A DNA stretch of 64,000 nt from Octopus vulgaris (lineage: Eukaryota). The stretch lies in contig OX597830.1 of the NCBI GenBank assembly GCA_951406725.2, forward strand, positions 62,310,001 through 62,374,000. Reading direction: 5' to 3'. This document shows, in pieces, positions 55,345-64,000 of this stretch. How positions within the stretch are numbered: position 1 is the stretch's first letter; each line of letters starts with the position of its first letter. A program made the translations under genes and the position numbers. The notes beneath the pieces are model-generated. The model did no database searches, was not told where the DNA came from, and saw only the letters and a list, made by a program, of their open reading frames with translations.

Positions 55345-55866
55345 GTATGTATGTATATATGTATATATATATATATATATAAAGCAAATATTAGTATATA
55401 TATATATAACTAAAGGTTAGCATCTCTCTCTATATATATATACACACACACACACATATATGTATGGGCATGTAAGTATATAGGTGTGTGTATGTATGTA
55501 TGTAACTTATGTATATAACACACACACACACATACATACACACAGATATATATATACACATAAAGTACCGCACACACACACACACACACACGCTCATACA
55601 AATGCGTAGATAACGTACATGTATGCATAGATAATGTGTGTGTGTGTGTGTAATAAATCTACTTGAGCAACGAACAGACACAGACACGCGCACGCGCGCC
55701 CTCGCTGTATAAACACCATTACGGCATGTCTCAGAAATCTACAAAGAACATTTTTTAATGTTCCAAATATTTATGAATCTTGAAATACGCTTTTCTTCGA
55801 GTATTTCATTTGATTTTTCATTGAAGTGGTTGTCGCTTCTTCTTCTTCTTCTTCTTCTTCTTCTTC

Positions 55867-55907
<41 letters not shown>

Positions 55908-55999
55908 GTGATGGTGATGGTGATGGTGGTGGTGGTGCTACCGTTGTTGCTCTTATTGTTTTCGTTTGAGTTTTACATATATATTTTATTAAACTTCGT

Positions 56000-56160
56000 G
56001 GGCGCATGCGCAACTATGTGGTAAGACGCTTGCTTCCTAAACACATGGTTCTAGGTTCAGTCCCACTGCGCGGCACTTTGGGCAAGTGTCTTCTACTATA
56101 ACTTCTGGTTGACCAAAGCCTTGTGAGTGGATTTGGTAGGCAGAAACTGAAAGCCCATTG

Positions 56161-56232
<72 letters not shown>

Positions 56233-56417
56233 CAAAACGTAGAAAAAAAACACCAACACGAGGACGTGGTACATGCAAAGTATTAATAAGACGCCCAGGG
56301 AAGGAAAGAAAGGGTGTTTTACGTTTCGAGCAAAGCTCTTCTTCAGAAAAAGGAGACACAGGAAAGTTTAAAAACAAAGGAAGACGGGTGGGGAAATCGC
56401 CTACAATCCACATGTAG

Positions 56418-56499
<82 letters not shown>

Positions 56500-56740
56500 G
56501 CATATATATATATATCCATGTGTGTGTGTTTGTGCCCCCAACCATCCACAGCTCGACAACCGGTGTTAGTGTTTTTACGTCCCCGTAATTCAGCAATTCG
56601 GCAAAAGAGATCGATAGAATAAGTACCAGGTTTTGAAAAACAAAATAATTACAAGAGTCGATTCATTCAACTAAAATTTCTTTAAGACAGTGCTCCAGCA
56701 TGGCCGCAGTCTAATGACTGAATCAAGTGAAAGATAAACG
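56000..56740 (+). mobile_element. SINE family A with a Penelope pLTR fragment inside its internal microsatellite
   Basis: Left arm 56000-56158, right arm 56520-56740. Confidence 0.85.
56229..56420 (-). mobile_element. Penelope-type pLTR fragment with HHR motif (56317-56349)
   Basis: Minus strand TTT-CTGAAGA-a-GAGC(ttt)GCTC-GAAA-CG-TA-AAA; homologous to 27585-27800. Confidence 0.72.
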
Positions 56741-56969
56741 GTATAAGATATCGGTTACTGCACTCCGTCCTTCACGGGGTCACTTCTCTTGGTGACCAGT
56801 TTAATCCATCCATCCATCCATTCAAAATTAAATGGGTACCATAAGTAGGGAGACATATGAAGGTTGTAAACCTGGAGAAGACTAAAAAAAAAATACAGGA
56901 ACTACGAAGTTTCAGTACTGATCCTTATCAGACTATGGAAATTCACTCAAGGACTCGAACTAATCCCAC

Positions 56970-57636
56970 TAGATCTCACGATCATCAGGTTTGTGAGTTC
57001 GATTCCCGGACCGGGCTGTGTGTTGTGTTCTTGAGCAAGACACTTTATTTCACGTTGCTCCAGTTCACTCAGTTGTAGAAATGAGTTGCGACGTCACAGG
57101 TTCCAAGCTGTATCGGCCCCTTTGCCTTTCCCTTGGATAACATCAGTGACATGGAGAAAGGGAGACTGGTATGCATGGGCGACTGTTGGTCTTCCATAAA
57201 CAACCTTGCCCGGACTTGTGCCTCGGTGGAGAACTTTCTAGGTGCAATCCCATGGTCATTCATGACCGAAGGGGGCAGGGGCTTTACTCTGTATTGTGAA
57301 GATACATGCCTCTGTAGTTAGAGTATCGGGTTCACAATTACGAAGTAGGGGGTTTGATTCCTGGACCGGGCTGTGTTGGGTTCTTGAGCAAGACACTCTA
57401 TTTCACATTGCTCCAGTTCACTCAGTTGTAGAAATGAGTTGCGACGATGTCACTGGTGCCAAGCTGTATCGGCCTTTGCCTTTCCCTTGGATAACATCGG
57501 CGGCGTGGAGATTGGAGACTGGTATGCATGGGCGACTGTTGGTCTTCCATCAACAACCTTGCCCGGACTTGTGCCTCGGTGGAGAACTTTCTAGGTGCAA
57601 TCCCATGGTCATTCATGACCGAAGGGGGTCTTTAGC
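56970..57636 (+). mobile_element. Two tandem SINE H1-T3 copies
   Basis: Units at ~56970-57290 and ~57295-57636. Confidence 0.9.
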
Positions 57637-57946
57637 CTTTTTGATTCCGCTCCTGGTGTACCACATCAACTTTGCCTTTCGTCCCCTTGGACTCGATAAA
57701 ATAAGTACCAGTCAAATACTGGGGGTCGACATAATCGACTTACCCCCTTCACTCAAAATTACTGACCTCGTGCCTGAATTAGAAAGAATTGTCCTTGTTG
57801 TTGTTGTTATTGTTGCGGTTGCATTCTTCCACTCCGTTCTCAGCCACTCCTAACATTAGCTTTTTCCTTCGTGTGTGTGTGTATCTCTGTACATGTATGT
57901 GTATATATATTTGTGCGGCAGTGTATAGATGCAGGTATATATGTGC

Positions 57947-58014
<68 letters not shown>

Positions 58015-58306
58015 GGCAGAGAGGAATTCCGCCAAATTTCAGGTAAGTAAAACAGGTTAACATATGGATGTCGGTGAGTGTACATATGTACATGTATATA
58101 CATGTTTGTGTGTGGACGTGTACGTGAGTGTGTGTGTGCACGCGCGAGCGCGCGTTTGGAATCTACGTGTGAGTACCTTGGTGCATATATGCGTAGGTGA
58201 GCATGTGACTACATTAGTATCTTCGTGTGTATATGTATTTATGTATGTTTATATATCAATGTATACATACATAAATGTATGTATATATTTGTGTGTATGT
58301 GTGTGA

Positions 58307-58916
58307 GCGTGTATGTGTGCGTGTGTGTATGTGTCTGTGTGATTATCTATGTGTATATGTGTGTGTATATGTATGCATGTATATATATGTGTATATGTGT
58401 GTATATATATATTTGTATATATAAGTGTATGTATGTACGTACGTATGTATGTATGTGTGTGTACGTGTGTGTGTGTGTGTATGTATGTGGCCATAAATGT
58501 GTATCTGAAATCATGTCGTATATAAATGTGTGCATCTGATTATGTATACCTGTGCAGGTGCGTGCAGGTGTGTGTAGGTGATCTCAAGGTAAACATAACA
58601 CTAAACGTGTATGTGTACGTGTGTGTGTATGTGTCTGTGTGATTATCTATGTGTATATGTGTGTATATGTATGTATGTATGTATGTATATATATATGTGT
58701 ATATGTGTGTATATATATTTGTATATATAAGTGTATGTACGTACGTATGTATGTATGTATGTATGTGTGTGTACGTGTGTGTATGTGTACGTGTGTGTGG
58801 CCATAAATGTGTATCTGAAATCATGTCGTATATAAATGTGTGTATCTGATTATGTATACCTGTACAGGTGCGTGCAGGTGTGTGTAGGTGATCTCAAGGT
58901 AAACATAACACTAAAC
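58307..58916. repeat. ~300-bp tandem duplication
   Basis: GGCCATAAATGTGTATCTGAAATCATGTCG...CAAGGTAAACATAACACTAAAC ends at both 58606 and 58916. Confidence 0.9.
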
Positions 58917-59349
58917 AATGATACCTTTCATCAACCATACGTTTGAACATAATACCTTTCTTTCTTTCAAAGCCTCCACCCACCTCTCTTTCTCTCTCTC
59001 TCTCTCTCTCCAGCCACCCCCACATACGTATTTAATTACACCCCCAGAGTTAATTGTCATGGAAAGCCAAAAGCCAACAGAATGCTCTTTCTTTACAAAA
59101 CGTCTTAATCTTATTCTTGTAAGACACATTTTCGCGTTTCCTTCCTTGCATTTTTCGTATATCCTTCGAAGTAATAACACCAATGACCTTTGACACACAT
59201 TGATATCGATGACCATTCATGGTCAGCACTGCAGTGCTTTTTGTAAACAATTAATTAGTGGAATCTGAGATGTAAGATTGAAAACCAATCCATATCCTGT
59301 TAAGATTTTCACGTCTTCAGGAGAGTTCCATTTCATAACACCCCGTATC

Positions 59350-59990
59350 TACATCAGAACACTCTGTCTCGTCACTCATTAATCTAGTATCTGCTTTTTA
59401 TATTTTCGTCATTCATTAGTCAGTCCTTACAGTTCACTCTGTGGAGGTGCAATGGCCCAGTGGTTAGGGCAGCGGACTCGCGGTCGGAGGATCGCGGTTT
59501 CGATTCCCAGACCGGGCGTTGTGTGTGTTTATTGAGCGAAAACACCTAAAAGCTCCACGATGCTCCGGCAGGGGGTGGTGGCGACCCCTGCTGTACTCTT
59601 TCGCCCCAACTTTCTCTCACTCTCTCTTCCAGTTGAGTAACGCTGCGATGGACTAGCGTCCCGTCCAGCTGGGGGAAACACATACACCATAGAAACCGGG
59701 AAACCGGGCCCATGAGCCTGGCTAGGCTTGAAAAGGGCGCATAAATAAAATAAATAAATAACAGTTCACTCTACTAAACTCCACTTTCGTCACTCATTAA
59801 TCAAGTACCTGCAGGTCACACTACAAAGCTCCAGTTTCCTCATTCGTTAATCTAGTCCCTGCAGTCCACACTACAAAACTCCACTTTCCTCATTCATTAA
59901 TCTAGTCCCTGCAATCCACACTACAAATCTTCATCTTCCTCACTCATTAACCAAGTCCCTATTGTTTGCACAACGTTCTACCTTCTTCAT
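59350..59990. repeat. 50-bp minisatellite interrupted by a SINE
   Basis: Units at 59791, 59841, 59891 (CATTCATTAATCTAGTCCCTGCAGTCCACACTACAAAACTCCACTTTCCT); degenerate units upstream of the SINE. Confidence 0.85.
59441..59760 (+). mobile_element. SINE head H2 with tail T1, full length
   Basis: TSD ACAGTTCACTCT at 59429-59440 and 59761-59772; (TAAA)n tail. Confidence 0.92.
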
Positions 59991-60313
59991 AACTAAATTC
60001 TCCATGAAAGTATGACGCGGAGTGGTGGTGGTGGTGGTGGTGGGAGGGGGACAATTACCGAGGGACGCCTTCTGTTTAAAAGCGCTGCTGTTAAGTCGGT
60101 GCCCACCTAATGATATTGAGCTAAGAATAATGAATTAATAAAATAACACCTGTAGTAAGAACAGCCCGTCAGCTTGATTGTTTGTTCTGGTTTGGAAATA
60201 TAGGAGAGACAGTTCTTAAAATCAAATTTATGTTAATTACATATTAAATGTCTGCTCTTTAGTTTTTCTAATCAAACTCGCTATGTCGTCGTTTTAAATA
60301 TTTTCTTTCGTTA

Positions 60314-60897
60314 AGGCGGCGAGCTGGCAGAAGCGTTAGCACACCGGGCGAAATGCTTAGCGGTATTTCGTCTGTCGCTACGTTCTGAGTTCAAATTCCG
60401 CCGAGGTCGACTTTGCCTTTCATTCTTTCGAGGTCGATAAATTAAGCACCAGTTACGCACTGGGGTCGATGTAATCGACTTAATACCTATGTCTGTCCTT
60501 GTTTGTCCCCTCTGTGTTTAGCCCCTTGTGGGTAATAAAGAAATAGGTATTTCGTCTGTCGCTACGTTCTGAGTTCAAATTCCGCCGAGGTCAACTTTGC
60601 CTTTCATTCTTTCGAGGTAGATTAAATAAGTACCAGTTACGCACTGGGATCGATATAATCGACCTATTCCGTTTGTCTGTCCTTGTTTATCCCTTCTGTG
60701 TTTAGCTCCTTGTGGGTAGTAAAGAAATAGGTATTTCGTCTGTCTTTACGTTTTGAGTTCAAATTCCGAGGATGTCGACTTTGCCTTTCATCCTTTCGGA
60801 GTCAATAAATTAAGTACCAGTTGCGTACTGGGGTTGATCTAATCGACTGGCCCCCTCCCCCAGGATTTCGAGCCTTGTACCTAGAGCAGGAAAGAAT
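60314..60897 (+). mobile_element. Family B SINE trimer (one head, three bodies)
   Basis: Junctions AAAGAAATAG|GTATTTCGTC at ~60547 and ~60730; imperfect TSD TTTTCT(T/C)TCGTTA at 60301 and 60899. Confidence 0.92.
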
Positions 60898-61230
60898 GTT
60901 TTCTCTCGTTAGAGTGTGGGGAGGCATTGAAAGAAAGAAAGGTATTATGTTCTGCGAGTTGGTGGAATCGTTAACAGGCAGGGTAGCAAGAATGTTTAAC
61001 GTCTTACGTACTGAGGTCAATTCCGCTTTTCATCTTTTGGGATTGATAAATTAAGAGCCGGGTGAGCACTGAAGTCGATGTAATCAACTATCCCACCCAC
61101 TCACCCCTCGCCTCCACCCCAAAAAATAATTTCAAGTCTTCAGGTATTGTGCCTATAGTTGAAAAGTAGAAAGGAATATGAAAAACGGCAGCGAGCTGGC
61201 AGAACCGTTGGTACACCGGACAAAATGCTT

Positions 61231-61451
61231 ACTCTTTTACTCTTTTACTTGTTTCAGTCATTTGACTGTGGCCATGCTGGAGCACCGCCTTTAGCCTAGC
61301 AAATCGACCCCCAGGACTTATTCTTTGTAAGCCTAGTACTTATTCTATTGGTCTCTTTTGCCGAACCGCTAAGTTACGGGGACGTAAACACACCAGCATC
61401 GGTTGTCAAGCGATATTGGGGGCGGGCAAACACAGACACACAAACATATAC

Positions 61452-61482
<31 letters not shown>

Positions 61483-61649
61483 CATATATACGACGGGCTT
61501 CTTTCAGTTTCCATCTGCCAAATCCACTCACAAGGCTTTGGTCGGCTCGAGGCTATAGTAGAAGACACTTGCCCAAGATGCCACGCAGTGGGACTGAACC
61601 CGGAACCATGTTGTTCGTAAGCAAGCTATTTACCACACAGCCACTCCTG
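61231..61649 (-). mobile_element. SINE family A inserted into a family B copy (61186-61820)
   Basis: B head ends at AAATGCTT (61230); B body resumes at ~61650. Confidence 0.88.
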
Positions 61650-62399
61650 ATTTTTCTTCCGGCTTTCCGTTCTGGGTTCAAATTCAGCCGAGATCAACTT
61701 TGCTTTTCATCGTTTCGGAGTCAATAAATTAAGTACCAGTTGCACATTGGGACAGTGTAATCGACTCACCCAATTCCCCCAGAATGTCAGGCTTTGTGCT
61801 TATTAGTAGAATGGATTATCATGATTATTATGAAATTGGAATTTCAAGAAAATATCTTTGGAGAGTTTAATGGCTTCCAAATGAGAAGATAGTTCCCGGA
61901 AATCCAATGGAAAATGCGTCTTGTTTATTTGTTTATTTTTAACGAAAGGAGATAAAACCTTTTACTGAATAAGATGGAAAATAACGAAGATAAGCCCTTT
62001 TTTTTGTTCTTGTTTGGTATTTATGTCTTAGTTATTTTGTTATTCTTCTTTGTTTTGTTTTAAGTTCTTGTCAGATATAAAAATTAAACAAAAAAAAAAA
62101 GCTGCTGATAAAAATGTCAATGGTTTCATTGGAAAAGAATGTTTCTTGGTTTGTGTTAATCTTTGCAAAAATGCTTTAAATGTCAATATATTCACCAAAG
62201 TTGAATTAATGTGTCTTGGTTGGCGAATTGGAAATTAAAACTGTTGAACAGTAAAGCGGTTCAAGGCAACAATAACAATATTAAGAGATAAAAATGGAAG
62301 CCATTCACACGTACACGTACCTTCCATATGTTCGGAGCTTCCATATGTTCGGAGCTTCCATATATTCAAATATATTCACACCGTGCATGTCTTATATAT

Positions 62400-62607
62400 A
62401 TTTTACTGCTTTAAATTAATAGACTGCGGTCATGCTGGGGCACCGCATTGAAGAATTTTAGTTGAACGAATCGATCCTAGTGTTTTTTTAAAGCCCGGTA
62501 CTTATTCAATCGGTCTCTTTCGCCGAACCGCTATGTTACAGGGGCGGTGTTACAGACCAACACCAGTTATCAAGCGGTAGTGGGGGACAAACACACACAC
62601 ACACACA

Positions 62608-62643
<36 letters not shown>

Positions 62644-62650
62644 TACATAT

Positions 62651-62685
<35 letters not shown>

Positions 62686-63059
62686 CGACGGGCTTCTGTC
62701 AGTGTCCGTCTACCAAATCCACTCACAAGATTTCGGTCGGCCCAAGGCCATGCTAGAAGATACTTGCCCACGTATCACACAGTGGGACTGAACCTGGAAT
62801 CGTGTGGTTGGGAAGCAAACTTCCTACGACGCAGCCACGCTTGCGCTTATATATCAAAAACATTTCTAAAAAAAAAATATCCGTATAAGCGCATGCGCGG
62901 CCGTGTAAGTAAGAAATTTGCTTCTCAACCATGATGCCTTGTGTTCAGCGTTATTGTGTGGCACCTTGGGCAAGTGCCTTCTAAAATCCCCAGATCGACC
63001 AAAGAATTGTGAGTGAATTTGGTGGACGGAAACTGAAAGAAGCCTGTCGTATGTATGTA

Positions 63060-63124
<65 letters not shown>

Positions 63125-63335
63125 ATTTGCGTGTGGTGTGTATTTATGTCCGTGTTTGTCCCGTCACACTTCTCGATAACCTGGGTTACGTCCCCGTACC
63201 TTAGCGGTTGGGCAAAAGACTCCGATAGAATAAGTCACACACTTATGAAAAAAGTACTGTTGTCAATTAATTCGACTAAAATCCTTCAAGGTGGTGCCCC
63301 AGCATGGCCGCAGTCCATTGACTGAAACATGTAAA
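62400..63335. mobile_element. Two diverged family A SINEs head-to-head (62400-62845 minus; 62890-63335 plus)
   Basis: Family match. Confidence 0.85.
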
Positions 63336-63374
63336 ATATACCTTCCATATATCTTCTAAACATTCGTCAATATC

Positions 63375-63608
63375 AGAATGAGTCCTTTGTGCCCTCTCGA
63401 GTCCATTGGGCTGCAATTTGACAAAATGGCTTCTGTTGGCTGCAGTTTTCTCTGCATCTAGTCATGTGATATTGGCTTCTCTCATGTCAGTTATGAATGT
63501 TCTGCGTCATATTGTTTTCTGTCTTCTTCTCTTTCATTTTCTCTCAAGTGGTATCCACTTCAAAGCTGTTTTAAAACAGCATTGTTCTGGTAGCTGGAGT
63601 ATATGGCC
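63375..63608 (-). mobile_element. RTE-clade LINE C-terminal fragment, decayed
   Basis: Manual translation GHILQLPEQCCFKTALKWIPLERK*KRRRQKTI*RRTF..AEKTAANRS. Confidence 0.7.
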
Positions 63609-64000
63609 TCTTTACTCTTTACTCTTTTACTTGTTTCAGTCATTTGACTGCGGCCATGCTGGAGCACCGCCTTTAGTCGAGCAAATCGACCCCGGGACTT
63701 ATTCTTTGTAAGCTCAGTACTTATTCTATCGGTCTCTTTTGGCGAACCGCTAAGTGACGGGGACGTAAACACACCAGCATCGGTTGTCAAGCAATGCTAG
63801 GGGGACAAACACAGACATACAAACACACACATACATATATATATACACATATATACGACAGGCTTCTTTCAGTTTCCGTCTACCAAATCCACTCACAAGG
63901 CATTGGTCGGCCCGGGGCTATAGCAGAAGACACTTGCCCAAGATGCCACGCAGTGGGACTGAACCCGGAACCATGTGGTTGGTTAGCAAGCTACTTACCA
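63609..64000 (-). mobile_element. SINE family A, young (runs off the window end)
   Basis: Near-consensus family match. Confidence 0.92.

Noticed and set aside
62075-62238. Next coding exon after the 54158 donor (phase-compatible, DIKIKQKKKAADK...)
   Set aside because: It contains an A-run, has no good donor and no homology; the phase match is a 1-in-3 chance

Overview
Eukaryotic, AT-rich, repeat-dominated window, most likely from an Octopus (coleoid cephalopod) genome. This is inferred from the tRNA-headed SINE families and the extreme (TA)n/(CA)n/(TACA)n/(AAT)n load, not from a database search. There is no intact multi-exon protein-coding gene, and nearly all ORFs in the track are microsatellite artefacts. 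Supported features: dozens of SINE copies from several families (many with TSDs), decayed LINE fragments (Tx1/L1-like, RTE, CR1, R4/Dong-like RLE), a Penelope-like GIY-YIG ORF, non-autonomous Helitrons, mariner- and piggyBac-type MITEs and minisatellites. A few candidate + strand exons look like a spliced 5' UTR ending in ATG-GGG-GAA-G|GT at 54149-54158. The most interesting signal is a set of minimal hammerhead-ribozyme (HHR) motifs tied to Penelope-type mobility. These include a ~335-nt, highly structured, terminally redundant retrozyme-like unit (15913-16290), a tRNA-headed SINE ending in an HHR with an inverted 5' tail (3213-3520), several pLTR fragments and a ~184-bp near-perfect palindrome. 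All coordinates were read by eye and may be off by a few bases.
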